NCBI GenBank assembly: GCA_958009085.1
Contig: OY253687.1
Location: 372,001 to 436,000 of the forward strand
Direction of reading: 5' to 3'
Length of the DNA stretch: 64,000 nucleotides
From: Protoeuglena noctilucae
Lineage: Eukaryota
The notes beneath the pieces are model-generated. The model saw only the letters and a list, made by a program, of their open reading frames with translations, had not been told where the DNA came from and made no database searches. Positions 44,601 to 58,517 of the stretch are shown here, piece after piece. How positions within the stretch are numbered: position 1 is the stretch's first letter; every line of letters begins with the position of its first letter. The translations under genes were made by a program, and so were the position numbers.

Positions 44601-47514
44601 GCTCTCCCTTCGCTCCTCCCTCATCTCTCGTAGCCCTGACTCACCGCAGTGCCTCCGACACGAGGGCGATGCCCAGCAGCTGCGAGTCCACGGCCTCGAC
44701 CACGTGCGTGTGGATGGAGGGGTGCACGAGGCAGGGCAGCGTGGAGGGGAGGAGGCTGAGGAGCGGGCGGGGGTCCTCGGGGGACGCCGTCAGCATGTGG
44801 TGGAGAGCCGCCTCGTGGTCACCCCTGCAATGAGGGTGGGGGTGGCAGTGGGGGTTAGGGTGGGTTTGTGGGGGTGGCAGTGAGGGTGGGAATGTTGTCA
44901 AAATGTGGTGGAAAGCGGCTTCGTGGTCACCCCTGGGAGGGAGTGGGGGTGGCAGTGGGGGTGGGGGTGCGGTGTGCAATCGTCAGGGCATGCAAACACC
45001 TGGCACATGTCATTCGTGCCTCTGTTCTTCCCCCACACTCACTTCAACCACAGCTGGAACCCCTTCGCATGCACTCACACTTGAACCACAATCGACATCT
45101 CCTTAACATGAGCTATAGATATCACACACGCTCACTTGAACCACAGCTGGAACCCCAGCAGGAGCTCCAGTGCCCGGGACAGGTCCTCCACGCCGTCGGC
45201 CGTGCGGTCCCCCGGGCCAGGCGCGATGGGCATCTGGTCGCAGAGGGTCTTTGCTGCCTCAAAGTTACCCACGGCAGCGAGCTTCTCGATCTGAGGGGCG
45301 GGGAGGGGGGGTTATGAGGGGCTCTATGGCACAGTGTGGCACAGCATGGGTGGGTGGGGCTACGGCACATGGGTGAGTGGGGTTGCGGCACAGCGAGGCA
45401 CGACAAGGGTCATTGAGGCTCTATGGCACAGTGCGGATGAATGGGGCTTTATGACAAAACATAGGTGGGTGGGGCTGCGTTGTCACAACATGGATGCGTG
45501 GAGCTGCGTCACAACATGGGTGGGCGCTTGCAGTGGCATTGCTGCAAATGACCCTCACTTGCACGCGCAGTGGCACCATGCGTAGCTGGGAGACGCCAAA
45601 GTCCGTCGCACTTAGGAAGGTGAGGCTGTGGGTGGCAGCCCCGCCCGCGCTGACTGCCGATTGGCTCTGCAGGTCGAGGACTTGGGCCAGGGCGAAGCCA
45701 CTCATGGGGGTGCTGCAAGTGGGGAGGCGAGGGGGCGAGTGAGGGCGAAGCCACTCATGGGGGTGCTGAGGGGGGTAAGGGAGTGGTAAGTGAGAGGGCG
45801 AGTGAGGGTCAAGTAAAGACTGTGTGACTGGGGTGCTGCGAGGGTCAAGCGAGGGGTTCAGTCGGGGGGGAGTGAGGGGACAGTGAGAAGAGAGGGCGGT
45901 GTGACTTGTCGGGGTACTGTGTACAACCATCTCAGAGACCGGGTAGGCGCAAGGTGTCTCACTTGTGCCTCACTTCCACCCTGTCCTTGCGCGTGACAAT
46001 GAGGAAGGGCCCACGCACGGCCGCAAAGTGCACGTTGCGGGATATCTCGACCTGCAGGGGCGGGGCAAGGGAACGCGTCGTGTTTACTAAACACTTTCCA
46101 TAGATACAGTCAAGCCATGCACCCGCTAGCCACTGACCCCTGCTGCACAATCCAACCATGCGCCTTTGCTACCCACCGACACCCTCCGCACAGTACGACC
46201 CACCATGCCCGCCGCTAGGCACTGACACGCCCTGCCACCCCCGCTCACCTGCAACCGGCTGAGCACCCCCTCTGCGCTGACGAAGAGGATGCGCGGCCCA
46301 GAAAGCAGCACGGCCCCTCCTCCAGGCACGGGCGACACACTGGCGTCCGGCTGGCGCGGGAAGGCGAATTTGGGGACCGAGAGGGCGCGCGGGCGGGGCC
46401 TGGCTGGTGGCTCGCCCTCGACGCCCGAGGGCAAGCCCTCTGGGATGGTCGCGATTGAGAAGTCGCGACGAAGGCAGACGATCAGGGTGGTTGGCGACGC
46501 GAAGCCAACCCTGCGGGGTGGGGTGCAGAGGGGCGGTGGGGTGGGTGGGTGGCAGAGAGGGCGACGAGCGCCTGGTGACAGTATGGTGGAGGGCTGAGCA
46601 CTGGCGGGCGGCCAAAGGATGGGAGGCCCTCACCCGTACGCCCACACGCCCATCTCATGCCCACCAGACAAGCCCTCACCCGTACGCCCACATGCCCATC
46701 TCGACCATCGCCACTGTTCGGAAACTGTCGGGCCGCACGAGCGGCTGGCTCAGGGGCGGGGTGGTGTCCTCTCCGATAAACACCCCGACCGGCGCTCGTC
46801 CCGACGCCACCGTGATCTCCGATGCGGCGTCGCGAGAAGCGGAGGCGTGGCTCGAGGCGGCAGGGAGTGGCGCGCGGAGGATTGCCACGGCCTTGCCCAG
46901 GCAACAGGCGAGCGTGGCCGTCTCGGGCAGGAACGCGACCGCATGGGCGCTTTGGGAGCCGGGGATCGGGCCGAGGTCGGCCATGCGCGGCTGCTGCGAG
47001 GCGTCGAGGACGTGGACGGCGTTGCTGTGAAGGGCGAGGGCCACGCGGGCCTCGGGCCACGCCAAGAGCCGGGAGACTGGCTTGGCCGTGACTCTCTCGT
47101 ACACGTGCGTCTTGTGCCACCGGCGCTGGGCGCGCGTCGACGCCGCGCGGCTGAGTGTGCGCCCTAGGGCCGGAGGACCCTGCTCGGCCTCGGGCATGCG
47201 CACGTAACGCGCGATGCTCGTGTCCGCTCCACACACGAGAATAACATTGTTGTGTTCGTCCAGCGCGACGGGCTGCGGGTCGCGGAGAGGGCGAGCGCGG
47301 GTGCGAGCAAGGGTGCGATGCTTTCCTGCCTCTCCCAGGCGCACCGGGTCACTGTTCTCCGCAACCAAGCGACGTCAGCGCAAGGTCGTGTCGTCACTAA
47401 GCCTGCTGTTGTGGCTGTCGCTGTGTGGTGCCCCCCTCGGCGCGCAGGCACCTTGGTCCCCACCCCTCCCGAGACACGCTCGAGGGTGAAGCCGCTCTGC
47501 AGTGGCCCGGTCAT
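41605..47514 (-). CDS. Vps39/Vam6/TGFBRAP1-family HOPS/CORVET subunit
   Basis: C-terminal zinc finger CWVCNKRLGSGAFASMPDGRVVHFMC; LVDTALCK, GLHAQALSAL, YLD/YIEYL motifs of the Vps39 CHCR region; N-terminal CNH-like segment. Confidence 0.8.
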
Positions 47515-47936
47515 GGCAGGCACTGCGTAGCTTAGGAATCGACAAGAGAATCCAACATCACAGACCGGTCCGAATCTACCCGATTTAGCAAGCGCACGCT
47601 GGGCTAACTGTGCGTCCAGGCCCTAGCAGACGACAGTGAGCCGTGGGCGAGCTGGACACATTGCACGCACTCTCGATCTCGACGTCATGGTCGCCTGGGT
47701 CCTGAAAGCGTGGCCGTGTGAGGGGCGCGAGTAGACTGGCAGGGCACGTACCCGTGTCCTCCTTGTTCTCGCCCAGGCCCTCGCCCTTCGCGTGCCTATA
47801 TATCTATCATCACACGCATCAACTGATCAGGTGTCCATCGCGTGCCTCCTGTGCGTTCCCAACGCCCCCGCTTGCCCCCAAACACACTTCGCGGCCAAAC
47901 AAGTCCCGGAGCGGTTGTACAGGCAACCGGAGACCC

Positions 47937-49596
47937 ATGAACCGTCCGCGAGGGTATGTGTGTCACTTATGTGGCCAGCAGGTGAGACAGCGCCTCGGAG
48001 AGAGCGCCTTGGCAAGCGGGCACGATGGCAGGGCGCGTGCTGTTAGGGAGATTCTGGCGATCTTGCCGCAGTACGGGTCGGCGAGCCTCCTGATCCACGT
48101 GGAGAAGTGCGAGGAGAAATGGGTGGCCAGGGAGGAGACCAAGCTCCCGAAGGAGCGGCGCCCGGTGCCGCCGAGGCCGGCCGAACTGAGCGCGCCCCTG
48201 CCGACCAAGCCCGCGGACGTCGATGCGTTTAACGAGGCTATGTCGCGACACTTCAACGACGTGTCTCTGATACGTTGCCCGGGATGCAATCGGACCTTCA
48301 ACGAAGAGGCTCTCGAGAAGCACCGCAAGTGCGTGTTGCAGTGCACATGTTGTGCACCGACGTGCGTGCTATCTACCAAGCTGCGCGATTTGCGGACTCT
48401 CCCTGGCCCGGTCGCTTCGCAGGGCGTGCACGGGCGGCGCGGGGGCCAAGGCAGCTTCCCAGGGTGGCGACGGCCTGTCCAACCCTGGCGGCTTCGGCAA
48501 GGGTCCCAAAGCCTTCACGTGCTACTGCTGCGGCTCTCAGTTCATGGCCGGGTCGCTGATGATCCACATCGAGCAATGCGAGGAGAAGAGGAGGCAGGCG
48601 GAAGACGCCAAGCACCCCAGCGAGCGCCGACCGCTGCCGCCAAGGCCGGCCGAGTACGCCCAGCCGCTGCCGTCGAAGGTGAGCACTGCAGGGGCCGCTT
48701 GCCATGTGACAGGCAGGCAAGTGCTGATGTCGCCTTCAGCAGCATGGGGCAGGGACACTCGCTGCGGGCCATCTATAACAGTATTTGAGCTTCTCACAAC
48801 CATGGTTATCGTGTGACAACGTTCTTGGCAGGTATTGATCTGCTTGCCCTCAGCGCCCCCACCGCAGGCGGACGAAGTGGAAGCGTTCAACAACGCAATG
48901 CAGGCGGTGTACAACCAGGTCACCAAGGTGCCCTGCGCGTGCGGGAGGACCTTCAAAGACGCAGAGACGCTCGCCCGCCACGCCAAGACATGCCCCGCGG
49001 CGGCGTCGACCCCGGCTGCGCCGTCAGGCCGTGACTCGGCATCGCTCTCGAGCTCCATGGCGGGTCTGAGTGTGAAGGGCGGCGCTGGGAAGGCAGGGGC
49101 GACCGGCTCTGGCACTACAACGGCAGACGGTGACGGCGGGGCCCGTGCAGGGAGTGGCTCGCGAGCCCCGCTCTCTTACGTGTGCTACCTGTGCGGCCGG
49201 CAGTTCGGAAGCGCGTCGTTGCTGATGCACGTCGACAAGTGCGTGGAGAAGTGGCGCGCGACAGAGGCGAGTCGCTTGCCGCTAGGCTGCCTTGCCTCCT
49301 CTGGCCATCCAGGGCCCTATATGATGGAGAGCGTCGCATGGCCGATGGAATTCAAACGAGCATTGTTACTGACCCGTGCAGGCAACGAAGCCCCAGGGAT
49401 CGCGTCGGCAGCCCCCGCCGCGGCCGGCAGAGCTCGACGCTCCGCTGCCCAAGGGCGGGGCGGCAGTGGAGGCATTCAACGACACCATGTCCCGCATCTA
49501 CAACGACGCGTCGCTGATCCGGTGCCCGACGTGCAACAGGACTTTTACCGAGGAAGCCCTGCAGCGCCATGCCCGGTCGTGCGCCGCCAAGGCGTG
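47937..49596 (+). CDS. ZNF474-like protein with three tandem pairs of C2HC zinc fingers
   Basis: Three repeats of YVCxxCGxQ(F/Y)GSASLxIHxxxC..PPRP..FN..C(xx)CxRTF..L.xH..C. Confidence 0.82.
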
Positions 49597-49804
49597 AGGC
49601 CTGATGTGGCTCTGGCGACTAGCTGACAACAGTTGTGCTGCACTAGCAGACGGTGCTGGTAGAAGGGCGCATGCCGCTGCAGTTGCGGCCCTCATGCGCC
49701 CGCTTGTGGCCTGCTGAGGCCTAGGCTTGGGTAGGCTCGTATGTCACGTGAACCCAGGGTGCAGTTGTCGGTCGCAATGTGGAAATGATGCGCGATAAGG
49801 CACG

Positions 49805-52528
49805 ATGTTGCGCCTCGTGCTTCCGACAAAGTTGCTTCCGGCGACTGGACGAGGCGCAGCAGGGGAGGAGTTAAAAAACTTGCTCTTGGGATGGAGCAGC
49901 GACAGTGCCGTCATCGTAGCGCGCGTGGTGGACGAGAGCGCAGCTGGCCGGGTGCAAGAGCTGCAGCATGAGCATAACCTTACATCGCGCTGGGGCATCG
50001 AGGGTTTCGATGGCCCGCGCGTCGTGGGGGATGTTCATCGCGGGGAGGGTGCAGATGCCGGTCCCCGACGGCAGGAGGCATCTGGACCCATGGTTGTCCA
50101 TTTGAGCGCAACAGGTAGAAGGAACGGATTGCTGGTGGAGGTCGAGGGGAAGGGCGTGACCGGCATCGGCGACGTGCAGGTCGTTTGGTACGACGATACG
50201 CTGCCGTTCGTCTCCGCAACGGCGTCACAAGCCGGGTGCGACGTCTCATCCCGTCCTACGACCGAAGGAACTACTTTTGTTGACACGGTCGTGAGGGCAG
50301 CCGTGCTGGCGGAGGCGATGGAGGTGAGTGAAGCCTCCTGCACCTGCATGCCCGCCGATTCCTTCGCCCCGTGGCCGCTGTGCATCGCTGCCTGATGCTT
50401 AACCGACGCTGGGCAAAAGCAGCTACACATGACGCCCGCGCTGTGCATCCAGGAGTCTTCCTGGACCTCAATGGAGCCCGCCCTCGCTGGCCATCTGTTG
50501 GCTTGGTATCGAGACGCCTTCCGCCAGGCCTACCGGTTGACGAGCGCAGTCGTCGCGCTCCCGTTTCAGCTGGCCCTCGCCGCGCTGCTGCTGGCCGTGA
50601 CGGACATCGATGCCGTCCGTGACCTGGCAAACGTGCTGCGGGAGTGCGCAGAGGTCGGCCTCGAGGCCCTGTCGCTGCAGAGGGTCCTGCCCTTGCGCTA
50701 TCTCGTCGCGGGATTCACGCACGCGACCACCGGGGTGCTGGCCGCAGGTGACGCAGCGCCCGCATCCTCGACCCTTCCACACCCGCCTCCATGCTCTATG
50801 CAATTATCTCTCGATCACCTGCTATCTTCGCACCTCGTCCGCAGCGTCCTTCCTCCGCGCGCACCTCTGCTCGTCGTCGCCCGTCCAGGCCCTCTCGCAG
50901 CTCGCGGCTGACGCGACTGCAACGGCCTTCATGTCAGGGCTGATGCCCACCTCGCTGGTGCTGGCGCTGGCAGGGCACGGCGTCGCGGATCCCTCGCCGC
51001 TGGCCCTGCTGGCCCGGCCGGGTCGACTGCTCGTCACGTCCGTCCTCGACGCATTACACAGCATGTACGGCCCTGCCCTCACCGAACTGCTCTCCTGGCT
51101 GCGCGAGACGCCCGGCGGCCTCAAGCTGCATATCGAGACTGCTCTTGGACTCGCATGGACGATGCGCAACCTGGCGAACGTCACCGTCATGCGCATGCTG
51201 GACGTCCTGCCGGACGGGCTCGCACATTGCGGTGCGTGGGTGTGCACATGCGTGTGTGCTGGTGTGCATGTATGTGAGCGGCGTCTTGTTCCATTTTCTG
51301 ACGGTCCGCTCTTTGCCTTCATTGCAATTGGCAATCAATGAGGTCTGCATGTTGTGCGTCCTTCCCGCAGTGATGCACGCCATCCTGCTGGCCTGCTCAG
51401 CGCTGGCCGCCTCCGGCAGGGCGAGGGCGGTGCTGCGCGTGTGGGTGCTCTCATGGGGCGCGCTCCTCGCGCCATGGCTGGTCTGTCAATGGCTACTCGG
51501 CACAGGTGACGGAGCTACATGCTAGCATAAGAGTCACATGTGGGCTGTGCAACATCCAGGTGTATTGATGAGGCTCACCAGCCCTCCTTCTCCCCGCAGC
51601 TCTTCGCATCCTGTGGTGGATTGCCAGCACCGCCTTCGTTTTGCTTCGAGGCCAGGCGCCCCAGTCCCTGCGCAGGCTCCGCGTCTTTGTCCGCAGCAAC
51701 GTGCTCCCGAGATTCCTGGCCGGTGAGCCCCTCGCGTTCGCCGGGAATGCACGCACGCTGGTGGTGCTAGCTGTGCAAGCTGGCTTATTTGTGAGCGTAG
51801 ATATGCTGTTTGCAAAAGCCACCCATACCACATGCAAACGCACACATCACGACGACCCTCTCGGGCCCGTCTTTGCCGCAACAGCCCCCCGGACCTTTAT
51901 CTCTAACCTGCAGCTGACCCCAACGATCCTAGCAACCTGGAGTCCCTCATCATCGGCACCCTTGTCTTCTATCCGGCCGTCTTTGTCGCCCCCGCCTTCC
52001 TGGTAAGCACACCTGGCCTCTGCTCATGGCCCATGGCATGTTGAGCAATGAGCATTGCTTAACCTCACTGCTAACGCACCAGCATGCTTGCTGTGCCAGA
52101 CCAGCTGCGACCCTGGCCGCGTTGCCCCAACCATGCTATGTGCCACACGCAGGGTGAGACCCTTGCCCTCACCATCCCCCGCACATCGCCCGTAGGTCTT
52201 TAACGCGACTGCGTGGGCCGTCACGTCTCCCTTCCACCTGGCGCGTTGGGCGGTGCGCCGTAATCCGCTCGCGACCCTCCACCACGCAGCGTCCGCGACG
52301 CTCGTCACGCTCCTTTTTCCCAGGGTGCTACCGCGCACCCTGCATCTCGACCTGGCCCAGGCATCGCCGCAGGGGTCGGCGCCGGCTGTTTACTGGCAGC
52401 CAGGTCCGGGCACAGACCCAAGGCCTTGCGCAGCGCTCCGCCTTTGCGGGCGGGCTGTGGGGGCGTTTGAGGTAGCGAGGCTCGCGAGGAGAGACACGGC
52501 GGACTTCAAAGAACAATCAAGTGCGTGA
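49805..52528 (+). CDS. PIGQ: GPI-GlcNAc transferase subunit PIG-Q/GPI1 (divergent)
   Basis: LLSWLRETPGGLKLH (cf. WLMGxPAGLKLN), VLLRG, NLESLIIGTLVF (cf. LDQLxxGTLLF), multiple hydrophobic segments. Confidence 0.7.
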
Positions 52529-52745
52529 ATGGGTCAGACCGAGAGGCAGCGCTAGTGCATGAGCGTGTTTGAAACGCAGGATCCGTCAGGTAGCTGTTGA
52601 AGTTGGAGTGCCGGGTTTGGGGTGCCCGTGGTTGGATGTCGTCATCTGCCCTAGTCCGTCGCCAACAGGGGCGGCTCTCGAGGCTGGGGAAGGTGGTGGG
52701 TGCCATGCGTGTACGTGAGAGTGGGCCTGCATATCGCCACCACCG

Positions 52746-53477
52746 TCAGTCTCCAATGTTGAGCTCCTCAAAGCTCATGGCGCGGGAGCACACGGGGCAC
52801 GTCCGCGACCGCTCGAGCCACTGCGAGGCAGCGGGGCGACAGCAGTAAGTCGCATGCAAGGGGTCAGTGGGGCCGGGAGGGCAGGCGCTACACGCACAGC
52901 AGAGGCGCGCTGCACCCTGCCCCACCTCGTAAATGCAGGGGAGGTGGAAGGCGTGTCCGCACGCGGCCACGATCGCGGGGTTCTCGTCATCGTAGGGCTC
53001 CAGGCACGTGGGGCAGCAGTTGTCGTGGTCGTCCTCCAATCGACTGTCAATGGCGTAGAGCTGCTGCAGCCGCAACTTCTCCGCCTCCAGATCCTCCATG
53101 CTCCGCTGCGATCGACGGAGAATGAGAAGCATTACCAATCGCAGCGCAAGGCGGAGAGAGGCGCCAAGAAAGGACCGCGCAACCCTGCGCTCACTTGCGG
53201 GTCGAGCTTCTGCTTTAACGGCGCCGTGCGCGCCGCGTCGTCCCCCGCCGGCGCCTGGGGCCGGCGCTGGTGATACTGCGCGAACGACGACGGCCTCGGG
53301 GGTCGACATCGGCGCGGGCGAGGGCGCGCGGAGGCTGCGACACGTCACGAGGCACAGAGCGTAGCGGGCCCGCCGCTCCCCGTCCGCTCACCGCCGGAGT
53401 ACGGCACGGGTCGGCGTGAGTCGAAGCTTCTCGATCAGGAATAGACCGATCGGGCGTCGGCGACGGGTTGTCGGCAT
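52746..53477 (-). CDS. RING-H2 E3 ubiquitin ligase (RHB1A-like); 5' end uncertain
   Basis: CPTCLEPYDDENPAIVAACGHAFHLPCIYE|WLERSRTCPVC. Confidence 0.85.
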
Positions 53478-54585
53478 CGAGCGCGCCGTGGAGGGCGGAG
53501 AAGTCCCTGCATGCATAAGGAGGCCATCCAGGGCGTCCGGCCAACCGCAGCGACGGCCTAGCATACAGCGACGGCATTCGTGCGAACGATGGCCCGCGAG
53601 CTAGGGCGACCCCGGTCCTGGGGGACCGGGAGCGGCAAACGGACGACCACAGGAACGCCTTCGCGCATCGCAGGCTCCGCTGGCTCCCCGCACCGGGGGC
53701 CCTCGAGGCAGCGCATTGAAGCCTACCGGCTGACGACGGTGTAGATGTTCCCGGAAACCCCCAAGGGGCGTCGTTTGCGCGCCCCTCCCAGTCCCCACCG
53801 AAAAAAGCAACCCGAGGCTCACGACGGGCGCCGAGCGGGCTCCTGAAAGCCGGCCTAGGTCCCCCGCAGATACATGGGCTCGAAACGCGGCGCTACGCAC
53901 GCGACATTCGGCGGGAGAGACCCTGTCTTCGCCCGCAGGGCCCCAAACCTAAACCGGGAGCAAAAGTGGCCCAAACGGGGGGAGACGAGCGGCATCGAAC
54001 TGGCCAGGCCCTTTTCGCAACCAAACTGTCCCATCCGGCAATAATATCGCCCCCCCCGGGGCCCGAGGGCACGAGCTCGGCCCTGCCTCACCGTTCCGGA
54101 GCTCGCCATCGAGCGCTCGGGAGACAGCAGCACACGACCATGTAAAAGTTGTAGATGAGACCACGCCACATGGACTGATGTGTCCTTGGTGGGTGGGGGG
54201 GCCGGGAATTCCCCCTCCCGGTCCCGGCGCGCCCGTTCGACCCAGGCCACGATGTGGAAAGAGTCTCGGGAGGACTCCCGCAGCGGCGCTCGGAGTCCTG
54301 GCCCCGGCGTCGTCTGATGAAGCCCAGCTTCTTCGCGACGCAGCGAGCGCGGAGCCTCCGCTACGTCCGCTGGGAGCAGGAGCGACCCCAAGCAAGTCTC
54401 GTGAGCACAACCAAGCTCGGACTGCGGGATAGGAGGGCGGGTTCGACTCCAGATGACCTGCAGATGACGCTGGGCACTGGCGCCAGTCCATGGGTTCACG
54501 AGCGTCGCCGAAAGGCCTCGCCGGGAGGCCAGCCCGCGAGAGTCGAGCTTTCGGCATCGACTGGACGGCTCACCGGTGAGCCCAG

Positions 54586-56468
54586 ATGAGCTTTGGTCAG
54601 CTGGTGATCGGACCCCCGGGGAGCGGCAAGACGACCTACTGCCGCGGCGTCGCTGAGGTGAGATGCGCGGCTGGGTGTGGGGGGATGAATTGTTACAAAA
54701 AGAAGCATGGGACGCGATGCGAGGCGCCGGGGCAGACCATCCACTGGATGCGGCGCGGGTCCTTGAAGTCGCCATCCCCGCGCTGCTCCTCTGCGGGCTG
54801 TTGCGCGCGTACCATTGCATCTTTCTATTGTCTCCGCAACTTCACGCAGTATTTGAATCAGGTGGGGGTGAACGCGGCCATCGTGAACTTGGATCCTGCA
54901 AACGAAAGCCTGGAAGGGGTGTGTGCCGCGGATATCCGAGGTGCGCCTCGCCGGAGCGGTGCGCGCGGCGAAGGTTTATCGCCAACATGCAGCAAGATAT
55001 GCACGTGATCGTGCTACGCAGAGCTCGTGTCCTTGGAGCGCGTCCAGGAGACGCACGGGCTGGGTCCCAACGGCGGCCTCGTGTTTTGCCTCGAGTATCT
55101 GGCCGCGAACGTCGATTGGCTCGAGGACAAGATCCGAACGTTCAAATCGGAAGATTGCTACCTGCTCTTCGATCTCCCGGGGCAGGTGAGGGTGTTTTCG
55201 GCACGGCTCATCATCGTGCCGTCACGGATGGGTGCCTTTGCCTACAACATACGTCAACCAGGCGTCATCTTCGCTTCCGCTGCCGCTATGGATCGCAGGT
55301 GGAGCTGTGGAGCAACCACGGTGCGCTGAGGGACGTCGTTGACCGCCTCGCCAGGAACTGCGGCCTTCGCCTCTGCACCGTCAACCTCGGTGGGCCGCTG
55401 AGCCACAGTCACACCCCAGAGTCACTTTCACTGCTGTCCTCACTGTTACCCCCACTGCCACCCGTAGTGCTGCGCTCATTGCCACCACCACTGCCACTCC
55501 CACTGCCACCCCCACTGCCATCCTCATCCCCAACCCCACTGCCACCCCCACCGCTACCCTCACCCCCAGTGGACTCCCTCCTGTGCTCCGACGCCCCCAA
55601 GTTCGTCAGCGCCCTCCTCCTCTCCCTGTCATCCATGCTCCACATCGAGCTGCCCCACGTCAACGTCCTATCCAAAGCAGACCTGGCCCAACGCATCCAC
55701 GGGGACGAATTCCGACTCACGGACGTGAGCGACGATTTGTTTGAGCTTTCTGAGTTACATGGAAGATACATGGAATATCTTGAATGTCGGGGTGACGTCT
55801 GCCTTCCCCATTCATCCTGTGCAGTTCCTCGACTGCAGGAACGCTCCCACTTCATTACCTATTCTCACCCCACTTACTCCCAACCCCACTCACCCCACGG
55901 AGTTCCTCGACTGTTGCAACTCCAACTCGCTCATCCCACTATCTCCCTTCCCCACTTCCCCCACTAACTCCATTCCCCATCTCTCCCCACTCGCAGTTCC
56001 TGGACTGCTGCGACCTCCCCTCCCTCGCCGACCGCCTCGACGCGGGCGCCTTCTCCCACCGCTACCGTACCCTCACTGCCGCCATCTGCGAAACAGTCGA
56101 GGACTACGCACTCGTGGACTTCCTGCCTCTGAGGTGAACATGCTGCGAGTGTTGGCATTTGGCTCGTGACTTTTTGATGCATGACACGTACACCCGCCCC
56201 CCACGTGTGCACCTCCCATCAGCTAGTTTGCCGACCTCTCCACCACCCCCCCACCCTCACCCCACCCCAGCCACCTACAACCCGACCCACCACCCCACCC
56301 ACCCCTCTCTGCAGCATCGAGGACCCCAAGAGCGTCGGCAAAGTCCTCGACGTCGTCCACCAGGCCAACGGCTTCTGTTTCAAACCACTGACACACGATC
56401 CCTACGCGGCCGCCCAGGGGGGTCTCTGCCAGAAACAGACACCCGGGGTCCGAGCTGAAGGGCACTGA
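54586..56468 (+). CDS. GPN2: GPN-loop GTPase 2
   Basis: FGQLVIGPPGSGKTTYC, VNLDPAN, GLGPNGGLVFCLEYL, FDLPGQVEL, ELPHVNVLSKADL, ANGFCF. Confidence 0.93.
55400..55565 (+). repeat. 12-bp intronic minisatellite (CCACTGCCACCC-like)
   Basis: About 12-nt periodicity; related arrays at 1821-1880, 6340-6400, 18280-18320 and 44830-44965. Confidence 0.75.
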
Positions 56469-56510
56469 GAGGGCTGATTTTGAATTACCATACCAAGTGT
56501 ATTGGGGCGG

Positions 56511-58517
56511 ATGGGGGAGCCTGGTTTTGTCAAGAGGGGTGGGGGGGTGAGGGAGGCGTGGGCGACGGTGGGTGGGGATGTGGGGAAGGGAGATGGCGGG
56601 GTGAAGACTGAAGCCGGAGTGGTGGGAGAGAGTGGGGCGGAGGGAGGGGTGCAAGAGGGGCGGTGGTGGGCGTGGTGGCTGCAGGCGGCCAGCGTGGCAT
56701 GGGGCGCTGCCATCCTCACCGCCATATGGCAACTTCCGACGCTGCTCTGGCGCGTGTCGTGGCTGCCGATCGTGCTGCTCACCTCGGCCACTGATCGTGC
56801 TGTGGCGGCGGTACGTGCTGTCGCGCTCCGTGCCGCGCGCCTCGGCCCCGTGCCGCAGCACGTTGCCTTCATCATGGACGGCAACCGGCGGTTCGCGGAC
56901 ATGTGGGGCATCACCCACGCTGCCGGCCACCGGGGTGGCTACGCCAATATGATCCAAGTGCTGCGGTGGTGCTTGGAGTTGGGCGTGCGGCATGTGACGG
57001 TGTATGCGTTCAGTATGGACAACTTCAGCAGGACGAGGGACGAGGTCAATGCGCTCATGAGGCTGTTCGTGGAGAAGATTCGGGACTTCGAGGGAGACCC
57101 GCTGTTAAACCAGTACCGGTGAGTTACAGGGGGGTGGTGGGCGGGGTGTTGGGGTGTGAGTTGTGGGGCCATGTGGGGTGAGGGCGGTGGGTACGAAGTG
57201 TTATGTCACTCGTGCACCTCCCTTTCTATCTAACTTGCGCAATTGAAGGAACCCACCATGCAACCCATTCACGACCCTCCTCACCTCACCCCCCCAGCAT
57301 CCGCTACCGCACCGTCGGCGTTTTGGACGCCCTCCCCCCCGAAGCACGATCCTCGGCAGCACGTGCGATGGAGTCCACGGCCTCACATCGTGACGGCACG
57401 CTCAACATGTGCGTCGCATACACGTCGCGGCACGAGCTGGGGGCGGTGGCGAGGGACGTTGCAGGGGCGTTGAGGCGAGGGGAGTTGGCGCCGTCAGATG
57501 TCACGCCGGGGCTCGTGGGGGCGTGCCTGGACACACACCCGGTGAGTGAGGTTACTTTGAGGGGTGAGGTGTATGGGGCTGAACGCGCTGGGTCGCTCGT
57601 GAGTGTTACATTCATCCACAACCTGATGACCCCCTCCCCCCAGTCCCCGCCCGTCGATTTGCTCGTGCGCACCTCCGGAGAGCAGCGACTGAGTGACTTC
57701 CTCACTCTTCAAGCAAACACCGCGCACCTCCACTTCACCGACGTGCTCTGGCCAGACATGGGCCTCCTCGACTTGGTCAAAGCAGTCGCGGATTACCAGG
57801 TCGCTATGATGTGGAAGCGGCGAGGGCTGAGAGGAGGCGAGGGGGTGCGTGGGCGGGGGGTGGCGGGGGCGGCAAACGGTGCGGGTGCTGACGCAGGTGC
57901 CAGTATGGGTGTCAGGGAGTTGCTGGGTGGCGCCGGGGCGTTGTGGTGGGACGAGGGAGCTCAAGAGGCGGTGCGGCGGGGAGCGGACGAGGCGGGGGTG
58001 TGCGAGGGGAGCGAGGGCGGGGGCGGGGGTGGGGATGGGGATGGGCCGAGCGCAGCAGGTCGCGAGCCCGCATCAAGCGTTGCGAGTGCAGAAGGGACAG
58101 CGGGTGGCGAAGCGCCAGGTGGCACGACCAGCGGGGTCCGCCGGAGGGGAGGGGGGGGTGCAGGTGGGTGGGTGGAGTGTAGTGGAGGTGTGAGGCAGTG
58201 GGATGCGTGTGGTGGGTGTCATTGCTGGTACACGTCGACTATAGGACATGTGCTGGTGCCGTTGCAATGACGAAGTGCCAATGATAGCACGATTCGTTGC
58301 CTGCGCAGTGCAAGCAGAGATCGAACGAGGCACAACGAGCGGTGCCGTCCCCATCGTCGCTGGCAGTCACGGCGCTGCGCCCCTCACGTCGCGACAAGCA
58401 CAATTCTTGCAATCCTGGGAGCGCGCGCGCGTGGCCAAGATGCAGGGATTCAAATCGGAGTGCCGCGTGGTGGGGACCGAGTGCTTTACGTTTGACGGTA
58501 ATGAGAAGCCGAGCTGA
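56511..58517 (+). CDS. cis-prenyltransferase / dehydrodolichyl diphosphate synthase
   Basis: PQHVAFIMDGNRRFA, VTVYAFSMDNFSR, CVAYTSR, DLLVRTSGEQRLSDFL, LWPD. Confidence 0.9.

Noticed and set aside
49805..58517. PIG-Q plus cis-prenyltransferase as a glycosylation gene cluster
   Set aside because: Separated by unrelated RING and GPN2 genes; chance proximity is adequate.
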